Assembly: GCA_032718475.1 (NCBI GenBank)
Contig: JAUCBJ010002425.1
Location: 1 to 64,000, forward strand
Direction: 5' to 3'
Source of the DNA: Nemertoderma westbladi
Taxonomy: Eukaryota; Animalia; Xenacoelomorpha
Length of the DNA stretch: 64,000 nt
Numbering within the stretch: the first letter of the stretch is position 1; each line of letters starts with the position of its first letter. The notes under the pieces are model-generated. The model searched no databases. It saw only the letters and a program-made list of their open reading frames with translations, and was not told where the DNA came from. Position numbers and translations under genes: made by a program. Below are positions 11,018-22,700 of the stretch, piece by piece.

Positions 11018-14000
11018 ATGGATGAACAGCAGGTCGCCACTGCATCCAATTACCCAAAACGGGTTAAACCACCCACATATTATGTAGCGATTGAAGAATA
11101 CGAAAAATCTAAGTCTCGTTTGGAGGATTTATTTGGTATTCTTGCCACTGAATTAAATAATTTTGAGGAAGTAAATTCACACGTTGCTAAACTGAAAGCA
11201 GCAAAACATGAATTAGACAATACTTATTGCAAGCTTATAGCTCATCTTAACAAACATGCTGTAACTCAGGAAAAGCTGCAAACAACCACAAATTATCAAA
11301 CCCAAATTAAAATTTATAGGGAGATAATTAAGGGTCTTTCTGACCAAAGGAAAAGTTTTGGAGCAGAATCAAGCATAGACACCCAGTCAATTGCTCAAAT
11401 TAGCATTGATAATCGATCATCTGTGTGTGAATTTAATACACCTCCAGCAAACACCTTGTTAGATACAGTTCCCCATCCCTCAGATGTAGAGATTGGGACA
11501 ATGTTCGATACAGTGCCCCATCCATCTAATGTTGAGATTGGGACAAACCCTATCACAGGAGTGGCTAACTTATTTGAATTTGATAGTTGCAGTGTCAATG
11601 AAGTAAATGCAAAGGGATCACACCCTAACCCTGAAGTTAACCATAGGATAAATCTCTACCTTGAGCAACAGCGAGAATTAAATAAACCAATATATGGCGA
11701 TTCAAATCAGCTTACAGGAATGCCTTTAAACCATAACCATAATGATAACAATAGTGTCAGTTCATGTGCAAACTATATACCATCCTTTATAAATAATAGC
11801 ATTCCTACTTATGCAAATGTTAACTTTAACGCCATTTCTAGTACTTCCCTTACAGTGGGGAGACACCCCTCAGCCCCTTTGTCTAGCCCAGTGTGCACTT
11901 CAATGTACAAAACCCCAATATTGCCTTTTGGAACAAGTTATATAAATCCAACCGGAGTATCGGCAGATAATAAAACAGTGACTTGGGGGTTATACACACA
12001 AGCAGAACCATTTATACCAGCAAAGGCCCAAGTTCCAGTTTCAATAGCTGGTTGTAGTGCAGCGCCATATCCGCCACCTGTTCCAAATTATACAAGTATG
12101 AATTCTAATAGTCCAGTAACTCCCTTCAATTATATTGACCACTCTTCTCAATATCTAATTCGTAAGGAATTATTAGAAAAATCGTCAGAGCCATTCAAGG
12201 GTGAACCATATAGATTCCGTACATGGGCAATGATCCTTGAAAATAGGCTAACTGGTATAGAATTATCTCCTCTGGACAAAATATCATTCTTGAAAAGTAA
12301 TACTATTGGAAAGCCATTAGAACTGATCAATAATTTGGTCGATGCCAGCAGTGCTGATCCTACTACAACACTCCAAACAATTTGGAAAGAGCTGGCGCTA
12401 AGATTTGGTTCTGGCCCTGAAATTGGAGCTGGGCTAAGGGCCAAATTAACAAACTTTCATCCAATAAAACGTGGAGATCCAGCTAGCAGGGTCCGTGACC
12501 TCGCTGACCTCTGCAGAGTAATAGAACTCAATGTTTATAGTATCCCAGAGTTGAGTGAATTCAATCTGGGTTCTGGACTTCGCGAAATAAGATCTAAGCT
12601 CCCAGACTGGATTGATAACAAATGGATAGACAAGGGAGGGTATTTTGAAGAAAATAAAGGCTACCACCCACCTTTTTCTTTCTTTTGCGATTTTTTATCA
12701 ACAATTGCGAGACATATTTGCAGTCCCCACTTTCAAAAGGTGAATTCTCCATTACCATATAAGAAGGATCATTTCTTAGGTCAAAAGGAACGCATAAATA
12801 AGCATGATATATACATACATGATAACAAACGTTCGCTGAAGTCTGAGAATAATAGATCACCAATTTCTTGTATACATTGTAACAAAACAGGTCATTCACT
12901 AATTGATTGCAAAGTCTTTGAGAGGCTATCGTATCCAGAAAGGAAACATTTAGCACAGCAAAGCAGGTTATGCTATCGTTGTCTCGGAGAACACCTTAGT
13001 ATTAACTGTAAAGGGTCAATGACATGCAGCAAGTGCAAAAAGAAAAATCATACCACGGCAATGCACAGAAATCCACCAGCAGCAACTGAGAACCAACGTG
13101 AGGGATCTAATAGAGTGAAGACTGATGAAAATGTGGACCAGACAGCATTATGCACTGCACTGTGTGGCTTGGGCGCCAGAAGCTGTGGTAAAACATTCCT
13201 CGTTAACATTAAAGCACCAAAGGTTTCAGAGAAAACAATGCGGGTATATGCTATTGTTGATGAGCAGTCTGACTCTTCTTACGTCGATCCTAAGGTGCTT
13301 TCCTTCCTTCGATTGCATTCCCCAATCTATGATTATACAGTATCTACCCTCAGTGGTCATCATTGCAAGGTTAGTGGTATGGTAGCAGAAGGGCTAACAA
13401 TAAATGGAGTTGGAATGTCCTCAGACTATGATCTCCCATGCTTATTTAGTAATGATTGGATTCCAGATACGAAAGGTGAAGTAGCCTCTCCTTCTTTGGT
13501 GGAATCTCTTCCTCAGATTAAACATTTATCTTTCAAATTTCAGCCATTGGATGAAGAAGCTGAAACTTTAATATTATTAGGTAGAAACTGTGGACCTTTG
13601 ATGCAAACAAAGACACATAACAGCACGGCTCCTATAGTTCATGAGACGCCTCTTGGATGGGCTTTAGTTGGTGAAACCTGTCCTATTGGCAAGATCAGTA
13701 AAAATAAAATAGTAAACAAAACCTTGGCAAAGTTTTGTTGTTCTGACCAACATCAATCATCATCATTCACCTTTGGAATGTCGAATCCTATTTTACTACC
13801 AGAAGATAAGGAAACCAAAAGCATTCGTAATGATGTGTTTGCTATGTTCAAAGATGATGATTGTGATGGTAAATCTATAGAAGACTATATATTTGATGAC
13901 AGAATATTGTCCAATTTAGAAGTTACTGCTGATGGCAGTATTCAGTTGCCACTACCATTTCGACAAGAAAATCCAAATCTCCCAAATAATCATGATCCCG

Positions 14001-17000
14001 TCTTTAAACGAACAAGTAATACGCTTAATAAAATCAAGACTGATCCTAATAAGCTTAATCAATGTTTGAAATCGATGGGCAAATGCATTAACAGCGGAAA
14101 GTTTGAAAAGGTTCCTAATGAACAGTTACATGGTATACCAGGAAAGGTATGGTACATTCCTGTATTTGCTGTTACACAACCGAAAAAAGATAAAGTTCGG
14201 GTAGTATTTGATAGCTCGGCTTCATATTTTGGCACAAGCCTGAATAAAGAACTACTAAAGGGGCCAGACCAAAATAATCAATTACGAGATGTGTTGATCC
14301 GGTTCAGGGAGGGTGAAATTGGTTTCACAGCTGATGTGGAATCGATGTTCCATTGTTTCAAGGTCACTCCACATCATAGAGATTTTATGAGATTCTTCTG
14401 GTTTGACCACAATGACCCTTCACAACCTATTGTTGCTTATAGAAGCACTGTACATATATTCGGTAATAGTCCAAGTCCCCCTATTGCCACAATTGGTCTC
14501 AGAAAGACTGTTGACCTTATGCCGGAAGAGACTCCTCCACCAGTAAAGGACTATATCAATGATCATTTTTATGTGGATGATGGTCTTGGGTCTGAAGACT
14601 CAACAAAATCAGCAATTGATACATTACAAGGCACCATAAATACACTTGGTAGGTTTAATATACATCTCCATAAATTGGCATGCAGTGATCCAAATGTTTT
14701 GAAAGCATTCCCTGTTTCTGAACATGTTGAGTTGAAATCATTTGAAAATGAGGCTAATCAGAAAACCCTTGGAGTTGCATGGAATGTGTTAAAATATATG
14801 TTTGTCATTTTAGTAGATATACCAGATCGACCCTTCACGAAGAGAGGGATTCTGTCCACAGTCAACTCTATATTTGACCCAATAGGGATTGCAAGCCCAG
14901 TTGTATTGGCTGGAAGACTTATTCAGCGGAAGGTGATTCCAAAAAAAGCTGATACCTCCAATGAACTAGAAGCTTGTGGCTGGGATGGTGAGCTTCCAGC
15001 ATTTTACAGACCTGAATGGGAGAGGTGGAAGAAAACACTTGAATCATTACCACTCCTATCCATTCCAAGGGGTTTTCGACCTATAGGTTTTGGACAAATA
15101 GTGAGACAAGAAATACATGCCTATTCCGACGCATCTGAAGATGCTATTGGATATGTGATATACCTGAGATCATTCAATGAAGATGATCAAATCTCTATCT
15201 CTTTTGTTTCAGGAAATGCCAAGGTAGCTCCACAGTCAGCCACTTCCATGCCTCGTTTAGAACTTTGTGCAGCTGTTGAACTGGTAATGGCTGTATGTTC
15301 AGTTATTTCTGCATTAAAGAAAAAACCATGCAATAGTTGGTACTATACCGATAGCCGAGTCGTTTTAGGGTATATAAACAACAATAGCAAGAGGTTCTCC
15401 AAATATGTCGAGCGTCGATCACATATAATACGAAACTCTAGCTTGCCTACACAATGGGAATATGTCCCCACTGGCGATAACCCTGCCGATAGAGCTACAC
15501 GACCCACTGATCCAAAGTCATTAACTGATCCGAAGAGTACATGGTTGACAGGCCCAAGAGTGTTGAAGTCTGCAAGGTATCCTACAAAAATTCCATATCC
15601 TTATACTGCTATAGACGTTGATGATTTACCAGAGTGCAAACCATTAATAGAGGTTGGTAAAGTATTGATTACACACAAACGCCAAGGAATTTTTGACAAT
15701 GTCTATAAACATTTCAGCGAATGGAAGACTGTGATCAATGTGGCCAAGTATGTACTAATGGCATGTAAACTAATGACTAAGAAAATAGCAGAAGGTAATA
15801 ACAATTCTCAAACCATCAGCGATAGTGATGCTGTCAATGCTCTAGTGCATGATGCACAATATCAGAGTTACCCAGAACTGATAAAACATTTATCAACTGG
15901 ATCAACTATAGCAGAATCCAGTAAAATTCTGGAGTTGTCCCCTTTTCTTAATGGCTCTAAGACATTACTGGTTGGAGGTAGGTTAAAGAACTCTGATGTC
16001 CCATTCGACTCCAGACACCCTTACCTCATACCTAAAGATCATCCAATAGCTGGAGTAATCGTGACATACTACCATACCAGAGTCTTTCACCAGGGCCGAC
16101 ATATTACTCATGGGATGATTCGTCAAAACGGTTTTCATATTGAAGATGGTAATAAACTTATAAGAGAAATAATAAAGAGTTGTATCATTTGTAAGAAACT
16201 TAGAGGGTCCTTTTGTGTGCAGAAGATGGCCAACCTCCCATTAGATCGAGTCTCTCGTGTTGCTCCCTTCACCAATACTGGCATCGATGTTTTTGGGCCA
16301 TGGAAGGTTGCAAATGGGCGCACTACTCGAAGTAACACAGGTATCAGAAAGATATGGGCGCTTCTCTTAACTTGCCTAGTATCACGGGCAGTTCATGTTG
16401 AGCTCCTTCCAGCTTTAGACACAACAGCATTTAAGAATGCCTTTCATAGGTTCCTAGCCATCAGGGGAGCTTGTGTCCTCCTCCGTAGTGATCAAGGCTC
16501 CAATTTCATTGGTGCTCACAACCAAGATGACAATGAAGTTGATATCGATGCAGTTATAAAAGATCTCAACTCAATTGGTATTGATTGGAATTTCAACCCT
16601 CCACACTCCAGCCATTTTGGTGGAGTTTGGGAGCGCAAGATTGGTTGCATAAGGCGTGTCCTTGACGCCACAATCTTACTCTCTGAACCACGATTATTGA
16701 CATACGATGAGCTACATACTGTAATTGTTGAAAGCGCTGCAGTAGTAAACTCTACCCCATTATGGGAAGTTTCTTCCAGTCCAGATGACCCCCAACCATT
16801 GTCTCCCAATATGATATTGACTTTGAAGGATGATTCCATCTCTACAACTTGTTTCTCCGATCAAGATCAGCTGGCCTATGGGAAATATCGTTGGAGACGA
16901 GTACAGTATCTGGTTGATCAATTCTGGATAAGGTGGCGCAATGACTACCTTCAACTGTTACAGAGACGGATGAAGTGGAAAAATCCAAAACGTTCAATTA

Positions 17001-17272
17001 TGATTGGAGATATTGTTCTGATCCGAGACAAAACGAAACATAGAAATAACTGGCCAACCGGGAGAGTGACTGCCGTGAAGAAAGGTGATGATAACCTGGT
17101 TCGCTCTGCAACTATTGCAGTACCCAAATCAACTGCTAAGGGTGAAATAAAGAAACCATGCTATGATCGTCCTATACATGAGTTGGTTCTCCTCATCCCA
17201 CATGATCCCGAGGTTTCCCCAGCGGCGGCATATAATAATGGATCTAATGATTTCAACACTGGTTGCATATAG
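11018..17272 (+). CDS. BEL/Pao gag-pol polyprotein, 2084 aa, uninterrupted
   Basis: Three Gag Cys/His knuckles, protease motif IVDEQS, RT YVDD, Pao-type RNase H (HAYSDAS...PRLELCAA...DNPAD), integrase HHCC and DDE core (SDQGSNF, GGVWER), C-terminal FWIRWRNDYL. Confidence 0.96.
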   Translation: MDEQQVATASNYPKRVKPPTYYVAIEEYEKSKSRLEDLFGILATELNNFEEVNSHVAKLKAAKHELDNTYCKLIAHLNKHAVTQEKLQTTTNYQTQIKIYREIIKGLSDQRKSFGAESSIDTQSIAQISIDNRSSVCEFNTPPANTLLDTVPHPSDVEIGTMFDTVPHPSNVEIGTNPITGVANLFEFDSCSVNEVNAKGSHPNPEVNHRINLYLEQQRELNKPIYGDSNQLTGMPLNHNHNDNNSVSSCANYIPSFINNSIPTYANVNFNAISSTSLTVGRHPSAPLSSPVCTSMYKTPILPFGTSYINPTGVSADNKTVTWGLYTQAEPFIPAKAQVPVSIAGCSAAPYPPPVPNYTSMNSNSPVTPFNYIDHSSQYLIRKELLEKSSEPFKGEPYRFRTWAMILENRLTGIELSPLDKISFLKSNTIGKPLELINNLVDASSADPTTTLQTIWKELALRFGSGPEIGAGLRAKLTNFHPIKRGDPASRVRDLADLCRVIELNVYSIPELSEFNLGSGLREIRSKLPDWIDNKWIDKGGYFEENKGYHPPFSFFCDFLSTIARHICSPHFQKVNSPLPYKKDHFLGQKERINKHDIYIHDNKRSLKSENNRSPISCIHCNKTGHSLIDCKVFERLSYPERKHLAQQSRLCYRCLGEHLSINCKGSMTCSKCKKKNHTTAMHRNPPAATENQREGSNRVKTDENVDQTALCTALCGLGARSCGKTFLVNIKAPKVSEKTMRVYAIVDEQSDSSYVDPKVLSFLRLHSPIYDYTVSTLSGHHCKVSGMVAEGLTINGVGMSSDYDLPCLFSNDWIPDTKGEVASPSLVESLPQIKHLSFKFQPLDEEAETLILLGRNCGPLMQTKTHNSTAPIVHETPLGWALVGETCPIGKISKNKIVNKTLAKFCCSDQHQSSSFTFGMSNPILLPEDKETKSIRNDVFAMFKDDDCDGKSIEDYIFDDRILSNLEVTADGSIQLPLPFRQENPNLPNNHDPVFKRTSNTLNKIKTDPNKLNQCLKSMGKCINSGKFEKVPNEQLHGIPGKVWYIPVFAVTQPKKDKVRVVFDSSASYFGTSLNKELLKGPDQNNQLRDVLIRFREGEIGFTADVESMFHCFKVTPHHRDFMRFFWFDHNDPSQPIVAYRSTVHIFGNSPSPPIATIGLRKTVDLMPEETPPPVKDYINDHFYVDDGLGSEDSTKSAIDTLQGTINTLGRFNIHLHKLACSDPNVLKAFPVSEHVELKSFENEANQKTLGVAWNVLKYMFVILVDIPDRPFTKRGILSTVNSIFDPIGIASPVVLAGRLIQRKVIPKKADTSNELEACGWDGELPAFYRPEWERWKKTLESLPLLSIPRGFRPIGFGQIVRQEIHAYSDASEDAIGYVIYLRSFNEDDQISISFVSGNAKVAPQSATSMPRLELCAAVELVMAVCSVISALKKKPCNSWYYTDSRVVLGYINNNSKRFSKYVERRSHIIRNSSLPTQWEYVPTGDNPADRATRPTDPKSLTDPKSTWLTGPRVLKSARYPTKIPYPYTAIDVDDLPECKPLIEVGKVLITHKRQGIFDNVYKHFSEWKTVINVAKYVLMACKLMTKKIAEGNNNSQTISDSDAVNALVHDAQYQSYPELIKHLSTGSTIAESSKILELSPFLNGSKTLLVGGRLKNSDVPFDSRHPYLIPKDHPIAGVIVTYYHTRVFHQGRHITHGMIRQNGFHIEDGNKLIREIIKSCIICKKLRGSFCVQKMANLPLDRVSRVAPFTNTGIDVFGPWKVANGRTTRSNTGIRKIWALLLTCLVSRAVHVELLPALDTTAFKNAFHRFLAIRGACVLLRSDQGSNFIGAHNQDDNEVDIDAVIKDLNSIGIDWNFNPPHSSHFGGVWERKIGCIRRVLDATILLSEPRLLTYDELHTVIVESAAVVNSTPLWEVSSSPDDPQPLSPNMILTLKDDSISTTCFSDQDQLAYGKYRWRRVQYLVDQFWIRWRNDYLQLLQRRMKWKNPKRSIMIGDIVLIRDKTKHRNNWPTGRVTAVKKGDDNLVRSATIAVPKSTAKGEIKKPCYDRPIHELVLLIPHDPEVSPAAAYNNGSNDFNTGCI

Positions 17273-17807
17273 ACTTGAAATTATGGAAGCGGCAGATGCC
17301 GAGTGGGGAGTGTTATGGACATAAGTTATATATATTAATGGACATAAGCTATATTAACGGACATAAACGTTATACAGATAAATGCCATACTACAGTAACA
17401 TAATGACTTCAGACTTGTCTTAATGTACCGGTACAGTACTAACATCAATAGCATGTAGCTAGCTTACTGCTTATTAATGCAGCACTTAGGACTACAGGAT
17501 TATTTGTCATAATGTACATACTGACTACTTAGGATTGTCTGTCATAATGTACACAGGACGCTGTGAACCAGTGGCCTAACTTTACAAGTTTTTTACCAGC
17601 TTATTATACGATGTTAATGTAACGAAGGAATTAAATGTAAATGTTATCGGAAGTTAGCAAACTCGGTCATGTTTTTCCTACGGTGTATGTTATTGTGTAA
17701 TGGCTGCGTTATACGCCTGAAATACCAGCTGACTATAGTAATAGGGCTGCGTTGCTCAGGACAGAAGTTGTTGTATATTATACCCTGTATTGAGCCATAA
17801 TAAAGCT

Positions 17808-19369
17808 TGTGGGGCGAGCGACGAAAGTAAGCGAGCTTAGCATACCGGTACCACTAACTCAATCGGTGTGTCTGTCGTTCTGTCGTGTCCAACATTAAAC
17901 GTTAATAACTCAGCCAAATCTCGATGAAATCTATCCAAACTTGGTACACATGTTGTTTGGCAAAAGTTTATAAATTTTCCAAGTTGAATTTGCGTGTGGC
18001 CTTCGAGAAGCTAAGATAATAGCAGTTCGTTAATTAAATTAAAATTAATGAAGTTGGTAAGGGTAAAAACAGAATTTCTTACATTATGTTAACATAACAG
18101 CGTTCTGGTGAATTACTCGTAACGCTGTAAAGTACTACTTTGCAGCGTTGCGGCCTATAGGACGGATCGCTGCAAAGTAACAACTTAAATTACCGTATTC
18201 CAGAATTTATTATTTCCATTTATATTAATGTATGCAAAGTGCGTGCGTCCAGTTTGCAGTGTTTCTACTGTATGTAAATAATTGTTTAACGTGTAAGACT
18301 GTATTCCATACGTCCTATAGAAGACATTTTAGAGAAAACGAGCAAAGAAAATATGGCGTCTGACAGTGTTCAGTAAAACTGAACGGTCACAGACGGTGAC
18401 TCAGTTTGCTTCAGTCGACGATGGTCAAAGATTTATCAAATCCAAGCTGGAGATAACTTATTTCCAATAACTTTAATTAGATATAAATGTATAATTAATA
18501 CTGTGTACCTGTTAATAAATTTCACTTATATTCGATATAGTACATGATTAAAATGTATTAATGAGCATCCATAAAATCCTTTCTTCACATACCGAACGCT
18601 GATAAGTTGACATAATGTAACAAAATTACATACATCATTGCTTGCAAAGGTCACTTTTCAGCGTTAAAGACCCTTGTTTATTTATGTAAACCTCCCTCGC
18701 TGCGCTCGCTCAGTACATAAATAAATTCGGGTCATACATAACGCTGCAAAGTGCTACTTTGCATACAATGATGTAAATAGTTATTTCAACATGACTTTTA
18801 ATGGAAATTAATTCTTTTATAGTACTTTTATACTTAAAAATTATACAGCTGTAATCCCCATACCCAATTCCATTAAGAGTTTTTAATTAGTTCAAGTGAT
18901 TTGCTTTAAGAAATGTGTTTTTAATGGATCTAAACGTAATTAAGTTAAAATGCATTCCATCACTCTATTCTTCCAGCTCCGTCATTCCTTGGCATTCTTA
19001 ATATTGCCTATTAGATGGGAACCCAGTATCACTACTATCTGCATAAGGTAAGTTTTAATAATTTTTACAAATTGGGTTGCCTCCGCACATAAAAATATAT
19101 TACTTTTAAAACACAAATTTCCTGTTAATACCTCTGCCTTTCATTAATCCTATGTGCTCCTTTGGGTTGGGGTGGTGAAGGTTAAAAGGGCGGTTGAAGC
19201 AAGGGGGGAAATTTCCTCTTTTCTTTGATTTATTCTTATTGGCGGTTTGGTTAAATATCTTAATTACTTATTTAAATTTCTTAAGTACCGACTTTGAGAT
19301 AGCATTGCTCAATATTAATCTGTATCCGATATCTGAACCTCGTCCTGCGCGAAGGCCCCACGAACGTGT
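17808..19369 (+). mobile_element. Second copy of the TGTGGGGC...GCCCCAC family, carrying a nested ~700-bp palindrome-rich insert (~18072-18783)
   Basis: Shares the first ~270 bp and the 3' end GAAGGCCCCACGAACGTGT with 7682-10159; the extra block is missing from copy 1. Confidence 0.8.
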
Positions 19370-19773
19370 TTAAAATGTAGACAATTTCCTCACCAGTATT
19401 ACCATCCCCATCCCCATCACCATCACCACCCCCACCCCCATCCCCATCCCCACCCACATCCCCATCCCCATCACCCCATCGTTTAATTTATATCACTTGT
19501 TGATTGAGAAACAAAATCATGATGTCGTAAAGTTATCAAGATATTTAATGATCAATCCTCTCAATAATTAACGCTTTAGTCTCTAATTAATTCCAAATAA
19601 ATTACAACACTAAACACTACATTTATAATAAATTAGCTAATAAGCCTACTTACAGTATACATAGGCCTACATTAGTTATATCGCTTATATTAGGCCTAGG
19701 CCTACATGGTACGCGTGCAATATTAAATAAACTATGATGTCAAAAATATGTTAGAGATGTTGTTGGTCTTTGT

Positions 19774-22700
19774 TTATTGTTGCTTTGGCAATGTGTTGTT
19801 ATTCTTGATGTCATTTGTAGGGGATGTCTTAGCTTGTTTCTCTGGCAACCCATACATGGATTCCGTCTGATCCGCTAAGGGGCGTTTGTAGTACTGTTCC
19901 TCGAAGTTGTTGTTGACGCTGTACATGAGACCGTAGAAGCTGGAATAAGATTGATTGGTAGGGTTGGCTGGTTGGGTGTGGTAAGCCGAGTAGTATACCT
20001 GCGACTGGTTGTGGCCCGTAGTATCACTGCAATGTAAATTAAAAGGTTGTTGAAAATTTGCAAATCAAGTAACTATTCCCGGTAAAAACTTAACGCAAAG
20101 TTTGCCTTGTGTATATGTGAATAATGTTACATCATACTGTATATGATTACAATAATATTAATAATAATATCCATTATTCACATAAAGTAAAATTTGGCGA
20201 AGTTTATGTTTTAAATTACCATTGATCATAGCTAACTATAGCTACGAGTACCTTGAATCAATGACATGAAAATGGTCATGGCTGACCATTTTGGATAAGG
20301 GTAATATTGGTTGACGTATTTTTCAGGTCGCGGTTGGCTGACTGCCTCTCCTCCAAATACATCTCACAAGATCAATATGTGCAATACATTGTTGTTATGG
20401 TAACACAAAAATACATTCAAACGTACATTAATTTTAAGTATCAATTTATTATTTAATAAATAGTTTTATACTAAGCAACTACTGTTACTGTAGTAGATTT
20501 AAGAGACTACTCAAATTTCAATGCATCGTCCACTCACGGTAACATGTCGCCGCCATATCGGTCAACTGCAATGCAAGCATGTTAAAAATTACTCCTTTTT
20601 GTATCTATTCCGTGAAAAATGTCTCTGGATCACCCCAGTGCCAGAATGATGAACCACGTTCCAAGGTTCGAGGATGTCAACAGTTACTCCGTCCGCCAAT
20701 CATTCAAACAACCTTTCCGGCCGAATTCCCGCCCCAACAGAATGACGCATGTCATCCGACATCCCAAAGACTACCTCCGCAAACCCACATATTGTCGCAA
20801 CAAACCCACTCAGAAATTCAATAACCCTCTGTGGTACCTTGGATACGCCGGAAAAACAATGGCAAAACCCACGGCGCGATCTACCGACGTGGTTCTCTCT
20901 GAAATACTCGGGGCGGATCGCAATAAACACAAATACTCGGATGCTTGGAAGCTGTTAGGAGAAAAGAGACCCCGCAACCGTCATTATAAGAGATCGCCGC
21001 GTCCACAGTGGACTGGATTCCAGGAAAACATAAATCCCAAACGAGAAGCTACGAAACGGCCTCCCGAACTGCCCCATATTTGTTCCCCGAAAGTTAAATA
21101 TCGTAGGTACAATACGGGGTTGCCAGTGGCTGTACGAAACTATACAACGGATGGATTCGAGAGCGCCCCGACGTGGATGTGTATGGAACCCGCTGAGAAG
21201 GCGGGGGATAATGTGTCGCAATGGCAGAAAACCAGAACTCGTATTCATTTTACGAAGCCATTCGACCCAATTGAAGAACTTTAGATCACAGATTTGCATT
21301 TACATTTATATTACTCTCAGTTTGAATTCTCATTTCAAGTCAATCTTAATGACTTGTAGCCCATTATATTAATACTAAAGTAACTGTAATTATTTTAGTC
21401 TGCAGTAATCCTATCACCAAATTATACGTTCGGTACATTTACTATAATTTCTGTTTCGTCTTATAATTCTGACTGAAATTAACGAAAAAAACAAATAATC
21501 ACCATATTTTTGTGATCTGCAGTTCTATATTTTACGCTGTACGTACATTTGTCAGGCAGGATACATCCGTATACAGTATAGTTTTACTTATTCAAGGGGA
21601 CAGTACCAAACTGTATATATAATTAATGGCCTATTTTATTTCTGTTTGATATTATAAATATTATATTGCTACAGTATGACTCACCCAGGAGTACCCGTTT
21701 GTCTCATCTGCCTGTTCACACCTTGGTCTGGCGTCGCCACTGCTGAACCCCCTTGTTGCATCACGTAATTGAAGTAAGCGCTTTGGTACCCTAGAAAAAA
21801 TATTTATTCATTTACATTCCAATTATAATTATACTTGTGGGGCGAGCCACGAAATTAAAGAGCTTAGCATAAGGGTAGGCCTACCAAATACTATCTCAAC
21901 CTCGTCACTGTCTGACGGTCGGTCGGTGTGTCTGTAGGTCTAATCTTTGAAAGCTGATTTATCAGGAACTCTCCTCTTTCTTAAACTAAAACTTGGTTTA
22001 GAAAGTTTACATACAGACAGACTTCTACAGTTCGTCTGTCGGCCGCTAGGGGGCTAACATTCCTTTAGTTGTATTCCGTTCAAGCTGAAACGTGGCATAT
22101 ACAGTACTACTGCTGCTCTAAACTCTAAATAATCGCATCTTACATTTCCGATGAATTCTATGTGACTTCCAAATCCTGGAAAGCCTATTCAAGGCTACCC
22201 ATGCCTTTCCCTTACGTATTCGAAGGTCCTCACCTGACTTCCGGATCCATGATCCCAGGTAACAGAAGTCGTCCACATGCTCAAGCATACCATCCTTTGA
22301 GCTTATGCTCATCCGGTCAGAGACTTGGTGACTTGGTTAACTGTCAAATCTTTGGTCTTTTTGGAGTTAATAAAAAGACCAAAACTGGAAGCAGCCTGTT
22401 CTAATAAGCTGAGGAGCCGTTGGGCTCCCTCTAGTGATTCTGAGAGTACTCCTAAGTCATGAAGCAAAGTCTAGATCAGTTCGGTAATTGGCGGGATTTC
22501 CTCGACTTCTGGAGCCAGTAGGTGGAGTTACCATCGCCTTATCATCATTGTGATGATCTAAGGACATGCGTAGAATATAGTCAACCACAATTATGAACAA
22601 GAATGGCGCAAGTGTGTCTCCCTGGATGACTCTCCATAACACTTCAAATGGTTCTGTGTCACCGTCAACAGTAGACACAAATGTTGCCGACATTTGAACT

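Larger units (their letters stand above)
7304..17763 (+). mobile_element. Full-length BEL/Pao LTR retrotransposon; its 5' LTR is interrupted by a 2.5-kb insertion
   Basis: LTRs run TGTTATG...CAGGACA (5' LTR 7304-7684 + 10160-10232; 3' LTR 17311-17763, 453 bp). 5-bp TSD GAAGT at 7299-7303 and 17764-17768. PPT GAGTGGGGAG at 17301-17310. Confidence 0.96.

Noticed and set aside
19875-20063. 62-aa minus-strand ORF
   Set aside because: Wrong frame of the RFX4 terminal exon.
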